38,612 nucleotides of DNA from Planctomycetota bacterium (lineage in GTDB: Bacteria > Planctomycetota > B15-G4): NCBI GenBank assembly GCA_038212275.1, contig JBBQUR010000031.1, positions 1 to 38,612 of the forward strand. The letters are read 5' to 3'. The notes beneath the pieces were generated by a model. The model was not told the origin of the DNA, ran no database searches, and saw only the letters and a list, made by a program, of their open reading frames with translations. This document shows, in pieces, positions 27,445 to 36,328 of this stretch (position 1 is the stretch's first letter; every line of letters begins with the position of its first letter). A program made the position numbers and the translations under genes.

Positions 27445-29526
27445 TCAGCTCCCCGGAGGCGGCGGGTCCGGCAGCAGCTCCACCGGCGGCCCCCACAACG
27501 CAGCCTCCACGTCCGCGTCGGACAGCTCCCACACCAGGATGGAGTGGCCGATCTGCGCGTCGGGCGTCCGCCGTCGCAGGCTCGCGCAGAGCCTCGCGAA
27601 GCGCAGTTGCTTGAAGTCCTCCACGCGCGAGTTCCAGAAGCCGGCGCCGCGCTCTGCGACGAAGGCGTCGAAGCGCGCGCGATCGGTGCGCGCCGCATCG
27701 AGCGCCGCCATGTCCTGCTGCGCCGCCTGCCATTGCCGCTCGTCTTCGGGCGACCACGGCGCGGGCAGCGGCGTGTACAGCCCGCAGAGCATCGTGGCGC
27801 TGATGCAGTAGACGCCGCCGGTGAGCGCCGCGAGTGGCGCGTCGGACGCGCGCTCCGGCACGCACGGGAGCAGCGTGACGCCCGGACCCGCTGCCGCGGC
27901 GGGGTCGTCCTGCCCGAAGTACGAGAGATGGACCTCGGGGCGGGGCGCCGGGCCGCTCTCTCGCGCCGCGAGCCAGCGCGAGAGCCCCGGCAGGTCCTGG
28001 CCCCAGTCGAGCGAGCTGTCCACCAGGTGCCGCCAGCCGTTGGACGGGCCGCCGGCCGCCGCGTTGAAGAAGGCGAGGTCGTCGGGCCAGTTGGACAGCG
28101 ACTCCACGGCGAAGAGCAGCAGCACGGCGACCAGCAGCGCGCGGCCGACGGTGCGCGCGAGCCAGTGAGCCGCCGCGCCGCAGAGCACGAGCAGCGGCAT
28201 GAGCGCCGGCAGCAGGTGACGGTCACCGATGTTGAGGCGCGTGGACAGCGCGGCGACCCAGACGACGGCAATGAGCACGAACAGCGGCATGCACGCGACG
28301 AGCAGCGCGTGCTCACGGCGAGCGTACAGCGCCGCGGCCGCGGCGAGGGCGAGCAGCGCGAGACCGATCGGCAGCTTGAAGGCGAAAGCGCGCGGGAAGA
28401 AGTCGGGAAAGCCGCCGTAGCGCACCTCGCCATCGAGGTAGCTGGCGCGATCCGTCGAGTGCACCAGCACGAAGCAGAAACCGTAGAGCCAGGCCTCGGG
28501 CAGCACGCCGTGCGCGCGCAGGAACAGCGCGGTGGACAGCACGGTCCCGCGATGCACGTCGGCCTCGATGTGCTCCCAGCCGCCGGAATAGAAGCTGGCG
28601 GCAGTCCGCGACGGCGGCAGCGCTGGCGCCTGTGACGACGTCGGCGCCCGTGCAGGCGCCTGAGTCGGCGCCTGAGTCGGCGCCTGAGTCGACGCCTGCG
28701 TCGACGGCGCGAAGGCCGACTCCCGGAAGCCGTAGGCGCCCCACAGCACCAGCGCCGCCACGGCCACGTGTGCGAGGCCGACGACCAGCAGCACGCCGGC
28801 GCGCGCGAGCCGCGGGCCGACGCTCGTCGCGCGCCGCAGGACCTGCACCGGCAGGCCCTCGCGCGAGACCAGCCGCTGCACGACGAGCACGCCGGCCACC
28901 GGCAGCAGCAGCAGGCCGCTGTGCTTGGCGAGCAGCGCCAGCCCGACCGCTGCGCCGGACAGCAGCACGCGCCCCGGCGTCACGCGCCGCAACACGCGCG
29001 CACACAGCGCCGTTCCGAGGAGCAGGGCTGCCGCCGCGGCGACATCCGACGTCGCCAGCGCGCCGTGGCCTCGCACGGCGGGCGCCAGCGCGAAGGCGAG
29101 CACCGACATCAGTCCTCCCGTCGGACCGAAGAGGGCGCGCGACCACGCATACACGCCGAGGCCGAGAGCCATGGCGAGCAGCACGAACACCGCGCGTGCG
29201 TCGTAGAGCAGCGCGGCCGGATCATTGCCGAGCTCGAAGAAGAACTGCCGGCCGAGCGTCCACACGTCGGAGTCCGCCCACGCCTGCTGGTCAAGCGACG
29301 GAAAGCGCGCGCCGCTCAGGGACGAGGGCAGTCCCGCGAGTCGCTCGGGCAGCAGGCCGTTCTCGGGTTGCAGGCGAAGGTCGCCGGTGCGCCAGGCCGC
29401 CGCACCCGCGGTGATGTGGCCCAACTCGTCGTAGGTGAGACCCTTGGTCGCCGCGCCCCCGAGCGAGAGCGCACCGAAGCACAGCACGACGAGCAGCGCC
29501 GCCCACGCGCCGTTCCACCAGGTCAC
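27445..29526 (-). CDS. GT-C membrane glycosyltransferase (PMT_2/ArnT-like, GT39-related)
   Basis: TYDE..HI.AG, HGALATSD, AKHSG, NIGDRHLLP and DSSLDWGQDL motifs; many TM helices. Confidence 0.85.
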   Translation of the reverse strand: MTWWNGAWAALLVVLCFGALSLGGAATKGLTYDELGHITAGAAAWRTGDLRLQPENGLLPERLAGLPSSLSGARFPSLDQQAWADSDVWTLGRQFFFELGNDPAALLYDARAVFVLLAMALGLGVYAWSRALFGPTGGLMSVLAFALAPAVRGHGALATSDVAAAAALLLGTALCARVLRRVTPGRVLLSGAAVGLALLAKHSGLLLLPVAGVLVVQRLVSREGLPVQVLRRATSVGPRLARAGVLLVVGLAHVAVAALVLWGAYGFRESAFAPSTQASTQAPTQAPTQAPARAPTSSQAPALPPSRTAASFYSGGWEHIEADVHRGTVLSTALFLRAHGVLPEAWLYGFCFVLVHSTDRASYLDGEVRYGGFPDFFPRAFAFKLPIGLALLALAAAAALYARREHALLVACMPLFVLIAVVWVAALSTRLNIGDRHLLPALMPLLVLCGAAAHWLARTVGRALLVAVLLLFAVESLSNWPDDLAFFNAAAGGPSNGWRHLVDSSLDWGQDLPGLSRWLAARESGPAPRPEVHLSYFGQDDPAAAAGPGVTLLPCVPERASDAPLAALTGGVYCISATMLCGLYTPLPAPWSPEDERQWQAAQQDMAALDAARTDRARFDAFVAERGAGFWNSRVEDFKQLRFARLCASLRRRTPDAQIGHSILVWELSDADVEAALWGPPVELLPDPPPPGS
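28655..28702. repeat. 12-bp tandem repeat x4 (TQAP/TQAS units)
   Basis: ggcgcctgagtc x3 plus gacgcctgcgtc, in frame. Confidence 0.88.
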
Positions 29527-29554
29527 GGCGCGGCTCAGGACGGACCTGCCCGGC

Positions 29555-29594
29555 GCGTCGCCGCCCGGTTCAGTGCGTCGCCGCCCGGTTCAGC
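29555..29594. repeat. 20-bp tandem duplication spanning a stop codon
   Basis: gcgtcgccgcccggttcagt / gcgtcgccgcccggttcagc. Confidence 0.88.
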
Positions 29595-30390
29595 GCGGCG
29601 CGACGGTCGGCGCCGGCGCAATGCGCGGTGCCGCGAAGGCCGCCTCGCCCTTGCTGTTCTTCAGCGCGCCCAGCTGCGCGAGCAGCCTGTTCAGATCGGC
29701 CTTGTCGCCCGCCGTGCCCACGAGCAGGTCGTAGCTCTTGAACTCGCCGGCCTTGGCGGACGGGTAGCCCAGCACGCGCACCTCCGGAAAGCCGGCCTTG
29801 CGCAGCACGTCGCCGCAGGCGGTCGCGGCGGTCTTGCCGGCGGCGCTGCCGTCCCACGTGGCGGCGACGACGGCGTAGTGGCCACCCACGCTTGCGGAGG
29901 ACTTCAGCGCGGCACCGCCGCTGCTGTTGACGCCCACGAGGTAGATGCCGAAGCCGGCCACGATGACCAGCGCAGAGTAGAGCAGGACGCGATTGACCGA
30001 GCCCGAGAGGCCGGCGCCGCGCGACGACGCGCCCGAGGCGGCGCGCTTCGAGGCGGGTTTCGAGGCGGGCTTGCCGGCAGCCGGCGCCGGACCGCGCGTC
30101 GGCATCGCCGCGATGGCCGCCGAACTGTGGACGCGGGCCGAATCGGCGCGCTCCTGAGCGCGGGCTGCGGCGGCGGCCCGCGCCGCCGAGATCAGCGGCG
30201 CACCGCGCTCGAGCTGCGCGCGACCGGGCGCGGCGGAGTGATCCGAACGGGCCGCGGCGTCCGCGGCTCCGGCGCCGGGCCGCGGCGTGCTGGCCACGAC
30301 CTTGCCAGGAAGCGTGCGCCGGTCGCGCGAGGCGGAGTCGAAGCCCGTCGGAGTCGTACGGAAGATGTCGAGTGGATGCTTCTTGCCCAT
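29590..30390 (-). CDS. Bitopic membrane protein with possible SPOR-like C-terminal domain
   Basis: Basic disordered N-terminus, one TM (VLLYSALVIVAGFGIYLVGV), then a YAVVAATW...A....LRKAGF...YDLLVG...L..L beta-alpha-beta-beta-alpha pattern. Confidence 0.65.
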   Translation of the reverse strand: MGKKHPLDIFRTTPTGFDSASRDRRTLPGKVVASTPRPGAGAADAAARSDHSAAPGRAQLERGAPLISAARAAAAARAQERADSARVHSSAAIAAMPTRGPAPAAGKPASKPASKRAASGASSRGAGLSGSVNRVLLYSALVIVAGFGIYLVGVNSSGGAALKSSASVGGHYAVVAATWDGSAAGKTAATACGDVLRKAGFPEVRVLGYPSAKAGEFKSYDLLVGTAGDKADLNRLLAQLGALKNSKGEAAFAAPRIAPAPTVAPR

Positions 30391-30537
30391 GACCGCCTGA
30401 CCCAGAACCCGGGAAGTGACACTGCACTCGCGAAGCTAGGACAGGCGGAGGCCTGTTTCCATCACGGGTTCAGGCAAAAATCGCGGGCGCGGCCCGTGCG
30501 GGTGGCGAGTGGGACGAGGTCGGCGCCGGAGCCGTCG

Positions 30538-31782
30538 TCAGCGCTGCGTGCGGACCAGCTCGCGGAAGCGCGCCTCTTCGCTCTCGAACGTGCGACCGGT
30601 GGCGGCCTTGTAGGCCTCCGGCAGCGGCTTGCTGGCCAGTTCCCGCACCCACGCCATCGCGGCACCGGCGCCATACAGCGAGATGACGTGGTCCATGAAG
30701 GCGTAACTGAGCAGGTAGGCCAGCGCGACGGTGTCGCGGTCGGCGATGTCCACGAAGGAGGCGGGCAGGTCGCCGATGGCCTGCAGTCCGGCGCGACCGC
30801 CCGGGCGCGCGTCGAGGTAGTCCGCCAGGCGCTTCATGCCGTTGCCGCGACCGAACTCCATGACCTGCGCGAGGCCCTCGTTCACGAGGGTCGGGCAGCC
30901 GGGCGTGATCTCGGACACGATGAGGTGCGTGAACTCGTGCCGGAAGGCCGCCTCGATCTGCAGGCGGTCGCGCTCCACATCGGCGATGGGCAGGCGGATC
31001 TTGCGGTCGAACAGGCCGCCCACCCATTCGTGCGTGCCGGTCACCGCGCGGAACTCTTCGGGCGGGTACAGCACGACGATCGTGTTGCGGTGCTCGGGAG
31101 AGACGGCCAGCGCGCTGCAGACCTCGGTGCGGGCGCGTTCCAGCACGCCGGCCAGTTTGCTGCCGAAGGCCGCACTGGTGTTCGGGCCGCGGATCGTGAA
31201 GAAAGTCGTGAGGTCCGTGCGGTAGTTCTTCTCGACGGCATACTGGCGCTCGGTGCGCTCCTTGCTGGTGCGCGCGATGGCGGCCACCTGAGCGTCGTCG
31301 CCGCCAAGAGCCTTGTCGTAGGCCGCCAGCGCCTCGGGCAGGCGGTCCTGCAGGCCGAGGGTGTCGCCCAGCAGCAGCCAGCAATCCCAGCTCGTCGGCG
31401 CGTCCTTCACCGCGGCGGCCAGCACGTCTTCCGCCTCGTCGAGGCGGTAGTTGCGCATGAGCAGCTGGCCGAGGTTCACGCGGTAGCCGATTTCTTCGGC
31501 GTTCAGCTTGACGGCCTGGCGGTAGTCGCCGATGGCCTCGTCGAAGCGGAAGTCGGCGGCCCAGCCCTGGCCGCGTTGATAGTAGGCCCAAGCGAGGTTC
31601 CGGGAGAGGACCGGCTCGTCGGGCGAGAGCTTGAGCGCCTTCTGCAGCAGCAGCACGGCCTCTGCCGGCTTGCCTTCGTCCAGCGCCTTGCGCGCGCGGT
31701 CGTTGAGGTCGTTCACCTCGTCGACGGCCGGTGCCGCCGCGAACGCGAGAACGGCCAGCAGCGTGAGCGCAACGCGGATCAT
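30538..31782 (-). CDS. Exported TPR protein with C-terminal gluzincin (peptidase MA-like) domain
   Basis: Signal peptide, TPR-like repeats, W.GGLFD.KIRLP, HEFTH and NEGLAQ motifs. Confidence 0.85.
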   Translation of the reverse strand: MIRVALTLLAVLAFAAAPAVDEVNDLNDRARKALDEGKPAEAVLLLQKALKLSPDEPVLSRNLAWAYYQRGQGWAADFRFDEAIGDYRQAVKLNAEEIGYRVNLGQLLMRNYRLDEAEDVLAAAVKDAPTSWDCWLLLGDTLGLQDRLPEALAAYDKALGGDDAQVAAIARTSKERTERQYAVEKNYRTDLTTFFTIRGPNTSAAFGSKLAGVLERARTEVCSALAVSPEHRNTIVVLYPPEEFRAVTGTHEWVGGLFDRKIRLPIADVERDRLQIEAAFRHEFTHLIVSEITPGCPTLVNEGLAQVMEFGRGNGMKRLADYLDARPGGRAGLQAIGDLPASFVDIADRDTVALAYLLSYAFMDHVISLYGAGAAMAWVRELASKPLPEAYKAATGRTFESEEARFRELVRTQR

Positions 31783-32234
31783 GGACGCACGGCCTCCACG
31801 AAGGGACGGTACTCGTACGCGATGCCGAACTCGTCGTGCAGTGCGCGCACTTCGGCATGGTAGCGCTCGTACACGGCTGGCATCTCGTCGGCAAAGCCCG
31901 GATCGCAGAAATACACGCGGCAACCGAGCGGGCGGCCCTGCCGCTGGGTGCAGCGTCCTTCGACATGCCACGGGCACAGACCTGAGGGCGCGTCGGGCAC
32001 CCCGGCCGAGGCCGTCGCCACCGCGAAGGCGCTCTCCAGGCTGCTCGCGTAGAGGCGGTGGCCGCTGGTCGGGAAGTCGCAGCAGCGGCCGGACAGCTCG
32101 CAGCGCGGGTTGCGCGCGGAGATCTCGGCATCGACGCGCCCGTACAGCGCGGCCAGCGCGGCGAAGGCGGCCGTCGTCGCTTCGTCGGGCGTGTCGCCCG
32201 GCCGAGGCTCCCGCCCTGCGTCGCGCGCGCTCAC
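31779..32234 (-). CDS. YkgJ-like (CxxCxxCC-type) metal-chelating cysteine-cluster protein
   Basis: CELSGRCC...CPW....C.....RPLGCRVYFC; GTGA and ATGA overlaps with both neighbours. Confidence 0.8.
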   Translation of the reverse strand: MSARDAGREPRPGDTPDEATTAAFAALAALYGRVDAEISARNPRCELSGRCCDFPTSGHRLYASSLESAFAVATASAGVPDAPSGLCPWHVEGRCTQRQGRPLGCRVYFCDPGFADEMPAVYERYHAEVRALHDEFGIAYEYRPFVEAVRP

Positions 32235-33385
32235 CGGTCGCGCCGCTCGCGCTTGCGGCGCAGGCGCGACAGGCGGCGGCGCTGCAGCTCGCCTTCGTCC
32301 ACGCCCTCGACGGCCGGCGCTTCCTCGAGCGTCTTCTTGCCGCTGACCTGGTTCTCGATGTCGGCCATGAGCTCCTGCGGGTCCTGGTAGCGGATGTCGC
32401 GGTCCTTGGCCATCATCTTCTCGATGAAGTAGTGCATGAGCGCCGAGATGCGGCCGCCCTTGGTGGCCTCGGCCGACAGGCCCTCGAGCACCGCCTTCTG
32501 CACGAGTTCGGCGTCGTCGCCCGCAAAGGGCAGCTCGCCGAGCACCATCTGGTAGAGCGTTGCACCCAGCGAGTAGATGTCGCTGCGCACGTCGAGGTCC
32601 GCGCGCCCCATGGCCTGCTCGGGGGAGAGAAAGGCGGCGGTGCCGCTGGTCGTCGCCGCCGGGGCCGCGGGCTCGGCGCCCACGACGCCGGATCCAGCGG
32701 AGTGCGCGGTGCCCTGCGCGGCCGCGAAGCCGAGGTCGATGACCTTCACCGTGTTGTCCGCGGTCACGAGGATGTTGCCCGGCTTGATGTCGCGGTGCAC
32801 CAGGCCCTCGCCGCGCAGGTATTCCAGCGCGCGCGCCACCTGCAGGATGACGCGCAGCGCGCCGTCCTCGTCGAAGGCTCCACCCGCGGCGATCTTCTCC
32901 TGCAGCGTGACGCCATCCACGTCCTCCAGGAAGAAGAGGTAGCGGCCGGCGAAGCGGCCGGCGCGATATCCCTTCACCACGTTGGGGTGCGACAGGCGCT
33001 TGAGCAGCGTGGCCTCCGCCAGGAAGGTCTTCACCGTCTCCGGCTGACCGGCGAGCGACTCGTGCAGCACCTTGACGGCCTCCGTGCCACCGTCGGCGCG
33101 GCGCACGCGGTACACACAGGCCGTGCCACCCTCTCCCAGCTTGGTCACCCACGAGTAGCCGGGGAGTTCGGGCACGTCGTCGCCGTCGGTCTGGAAGTAG
33201 CGCAGCAGGCGGTCCTTCTCGATGAGGCCCGCACGAATCGCAGCGGCGGAGAGGCCGACCGTGCTGCCCTGCGCGCGCGCCGCGGCCACCTCGGCGAAGA
33301 GACGCGAGACGGCTTCGGCGGGAAGCACGCCGCGCAATGCCAGCTTCCCGAAAAGCCTGGCTTCGGTGGCGGGATCGGGACGCAT
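32231..33385 (-). CDS. Soluble Ser/Thr protein kinase
   Basis: LGEGGT, AVKVL, HRDIKPGN, DLG, SPEQ and SDIYSLG motifs; no TM segment. Confidence 0.92.
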   Translation of the reverse strand: MRPDPATEARLFGKLALRGVLPAEAVSRLFAEVAAARAQGSTVGLSAAAIRAGLIEKDRLLRYFQTDGDDVPELPGYSWVTKLGEGGTACVYRVRRADGGTEAVKVLHESLAGQPETVKTFLAEATLLKRLSHPNVVKGYRAGRFAGRYLFFLEDVDGVTLQEKIAAGGAFDEDGALRVILQVARALEYLRGEGLVHRDIKPGNILVTADNTVKVIDLGFAAAQGTAHSAGSGVVGAEPAAPAATTSGTAAFLSPEQAMGRADLDVRSDIYSLGATLYQMVLGELPFAGDDAELVQKAVLEGLSAEATKGGRISALMHYFIEKMMAKDRDIRYQDPQELMADIENQVSGKKTLEEAPAVEGVDEGELQRRRLSRLRRKRERRDR

Positions 33386-33578
33386 GGGGCGCGATCCTAC
33401 TTCTGTCTCAAGGTCGCTGCCACCGTGCTGAATTCCAGCGCGCAGCGCAAAGAATTCACGGATCGCGCGGGGTGCGCCGGGCGCCGTCGCGCGCGTCCCG
33501 GAACAGCGCGCTCAAGGCCGGTGCGACGCGCGACCGAAAGGCACCGGACCAGCTCGTGAGGCTTGCAGGGAGACCGTC

Positions 33579-34985
33579 GTGGCGTCAGCGGAAGAGAACA
33601 TCGTGCTGAAGTACTGCGAGATCCTCGACGAGTTCATCCGCGTTCGCGCGACGAACGAGGACGACGCCCCGCGCCTGCTCAAGGGCGCGGACGTGAAGAG
33701 CCGCGCCGCCTATCACCAGCTGGTGGTGAAGCTGTGCGTCGTGGACTTCGAGCGCCAGGTGCTGCCGCTCTTCGAGCGCCACAACAAGGTCTACCAGGCC
33801 GAGGCGCTGGTGGAGCTCCTCTATCAGGTCTGCATCGAGGTGAACCCGCACCTCGAGATCCACAGCGTGACCCTGCCCACCGGCACGGTCGGCAGCGCGC
33901 CTCCCGCCGGCTCGGCCGCGCCCGAGGACGACGGCCAGCGCTCCGAGGAGGAGCGTCGCGCGCTGCAGCGCCGCGTGCTCAACATCGAGTCGGCCCTGGC
34001 CGCCGCCGTCGTCGGCCAGCCGCCCGCGGTGCGCGCCATCAGCCAGGCGGTCAAGAAGGCGGCGGTCGGACTCAAGGACCCGCGCAAGCCCGTCGGCGTC
34101 TTCCTGATGGTCGGGCCCACCGGCACCGGCAAGACCGAGATGGCCAAGGCGCTGACGCGTCACCTCTATGGCAGCCTCGCGCACCTCGTGCGCATCGACT
34201 GCAGCGAGTATGCGCTGCCGCACGAGTACGCCAAGCTCATCGGGGCGCCGCCCGGCTACATCGGGCACAACGAGGGCGGCCAGCTCACCGAGGCCGTCAA
34301 GCAGAAAAAGACCTGCGTCGTGCTCTTCGACGAGATCGAGAAGGCGCACGAGAAGGTGCACAACCTGCTGCTGCAGCTCATGGACGAGGGCCAGCTCACC
34401 GACAGCAAGGGCGAGCACGTCTCCTTCCAGCGCTGCATCGTGCTGATGACCAGCAACATCGGCGTCGACGAGCTCAAGCGCATCAGCGGCCGCATGGGCT
34501 TCGACAAGCGCGATCGCGGCGAGGTCGGCGGCGAGCTGCGCGGCGCGGCGATGTCCGGCGCCGTGAAGAAGAACTTCAAGCCCGAGTTCGTGAATCGCAT
34601 CGACGAGGTCATCGAGTTCCGGCCGCTGTCGGTGGCCGACTGCCAGTCCATCGCCCGCCTGCAGCTGGCCGAGATGGCCGGCTACCTCGAGCGCACCGGC
34701 ATCAAGCTGCGCTTCACCTCCGCGCTCGAGCGCTGGCTGGGCGAGCTGGGCTGGTCGGCCGAGTACGGCGCGCGCGAACTGCGCCGCCACATCCGTGACC
34801 AGGTCGAGCACCCGCTCACGGAGCACCTCATCGACGGCCGCTTCAAGCGCGGCGACACGATCGCCATCGGCGTGCGCGGCAAGGGCCGCGTGCTCATGTC
34901 GCGCGCCCGCTCCCGCGGCGGCCTGCGCAGCACGCGCTCGCGGCCGCAGCATCCGGCGCCGAACAGCGAGCGCGGCGCGGCCTGA
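33579..34985 (+). CDS. ClpB/ClpC-type AAA+ ATPase containing only the second (D2) module, with an unrecognised N-terminal domain
   Basis: VVGQ..AV, GPTGTGKTE, IDCSEY, LIGAPPGYIG, FDEIEKAH, MTSN, PEFVNRID and YGARELRR motifs; GGGAG RBS. Confidence 0.88.
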   Translation: MASAEENIVLKYCEILDEFIRVRATNEDDAPRLLKGADVKSRAAYHQLVVKLCVVDFERQVLPLFERHNKVYQAEALVELLYQVCIEVNPHLEIHSVTLPTGTVGSAPPAGSAAPEDDGQRSEEERRALQRRVLNIESALAAAVVGQPPAVRAISQAVKKAAVGLKDPRKPVGVFLMVGPTGTGKTEMAKALTRHLYGSLAHLVRIDCSEYALPHEYAKLIGAPPGYIGHNEGGQLTEAVKQKKTCVVLFDEIEKAHEKVHNLLLQLMDEGQLTDSKGEHVSFQRCIVLMTSNIGVDELKRISGRMGFDKRDRGEVGGELRGAAMSGAVKKNFKPEFVNRIDEVIEFRPLSVADCQSIARLQLAEMAGYLERTGIKLRFTSALERWLGELGWSAEYGARELRRHIRDQVEHPLTEHLIDGRFKRGDTIAIGVRGKGRVLMSRARSRGGLRSTRSRPQHPAPNSERGAA

Positions 34986-35096
34986 GGGCTGGCAACGCCG
35001 TCGCGGCACGCGGCGCGGCCGGAGGCCGGGTTTCAGAGGGAACCACACCTCACGGGCGCCATGACATTCGGCCAGGCGGCGTTATCCTCTCGCCCC

Positions 35097-36281
35097 ATGA
35101 ACCACGACACGCCGCAGCGCTTTGAAGCCCGTCGCATCCAGGGACTCGCGCAGTCCGACATCCGGAAAATGTCGCGGCGCTGCATGGAGGTCGGCGGCGT
35201 CAACCTCGGCCAGGGCATCTGCGACCAGCCGACGCCCGATGTCGTGAAGGCCGCGGCCAGGGCGGCGATCGACGCCGACCAGTCCATCTACAGCAAGTAC
35301 GAGGGCATCGATCCACTGCGCGCCGCGATCGCGCGCAAGATGGGCGCCTACAACGGCCTGCCCTGCGACCCCGACACGGAGGTCATGGTGACGGCCGGCA
35401 GCACCGGCGGCTTCGTCGCGGCCACGCTCTCGTTCATCGAGGAGGGCGACGAGGTCATCCTCTTCTCTCCATTCTACGGCTACCACCTCAATGTGCTGCG
35501 CATGGCGCGACCCACCGTGCGCAGCGTGACGCTGCGCGGCGCCGACTGGTCCTTCGATCGCGACGAGCTGGCGCGCACCTTCAACGCGAAGACCAAGGCC
35601 ATCGTCGTGAACACGCCGTGCAACCCGTGCGGCAAGGTGTTCACGCGCGAGGAGCTGCAGTTCATCGCCGACTTGTGCGTGCAGCACGACTGCCTCGCGA
35701 TCACGGACGAGATCTACGAATACATCCTCTACGACGGCCGCAGGCACGTCTCGCTGGCCACGCTGTCCGGCATGCGCGAGCGCACGATCACGCTCTCCGG
35801 CTTCAGCAAGACCTACAACATGACGGGCTGGCGGCTCGGCTACGCGGTGGCGCCGGCCGCGCTCACCGCACGCATGGGCGTCGTCGCCGACCTGCTCTAC
35901 ATCTGCGCGCCGACGCCGCTGCAGCACGGCGTGCTCGCGGCCTTCGACCTCCCCGCCGACTACTACGTGCAAATGTCCGCCGACTACGAGCACAAGCGCC
36001 GGGTCACGATGGAGGCCTGCGACGCGGCGGGCCTCACCTCGCTCGCACCGCAGGGCAGCTACTACCTCATGGTGGACGTGCGCGGCGCGGGCTTCGCCTC
36101 CGACCGCGAGGCAGCCGACGCGCTGCTCTCGCGCTGCGGCGTGGCCACGATTCCCGGCAGTTCCTTCTACAGCAACCCGGACGACGGCCGCTTCCAGCTG
36201 CGCCTCTGCTTCGCGAAGCAGGACAAGGACCTCGCGCGCGCCTGCGAAGGCCTTGCGCGGTTGCCGCGCGTCCACGCCTGA
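35097..36281 (+). CDS. PLP-dependent aminotransferase class I/II
   Basis: NLGQG, NTPCNPCG, DEIY, SKTYNMTGWRLGY and RLCFAK motifs. Confidence 0.93.
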   Translation: MNHDTPQRFEARRIQGLAQSDIRKMSRRCMEVGGVNLGQGICDQPTPDVVKAAARAAIDADQSIYSKYEGIDPLRAAIARKMGAYNGLPCDPDTEVMVTAGSTGGFVAATLSFIEEGDEVILFSPFYGYHLNVLRMARPTVRSVTLRGADWSFDRDELARTFNAKTKAIVVNTPCNPCGKVFTREELQFIADLCVQHDCLAITDEIYEYILYDGRRHVSLATLSGMRERTITLSGFSKTYNMTGWRLGYAVAPAALTARMGVVADLLYICAPTPLQHGVLAAFDLPADYYVQMSADYEHKRRVTMEACDAAGLTSLAPQGSYYLMVDVRGAGFASDREAADALLSRCGVATIPGSSFYSNPDDGRFQLRLCFAKQDKDLARACEGLARLPRVHA

Positions 36282-36328
36282 CCCGCTGCGAGTCGACACG
36301 CGCACCGGCCGACGCGGCGCACGCCGCC

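Noticed and set aside
28768..31863. 1031-aa plus-strand ORF (also 1930-4344, 19706-22354, 22796-24700, 24031-26973 and 11921-14455)
   Set aside because: These are antisense or off-frame shadows of well-supported genes in high-GC DNA, with no recognisable motifs
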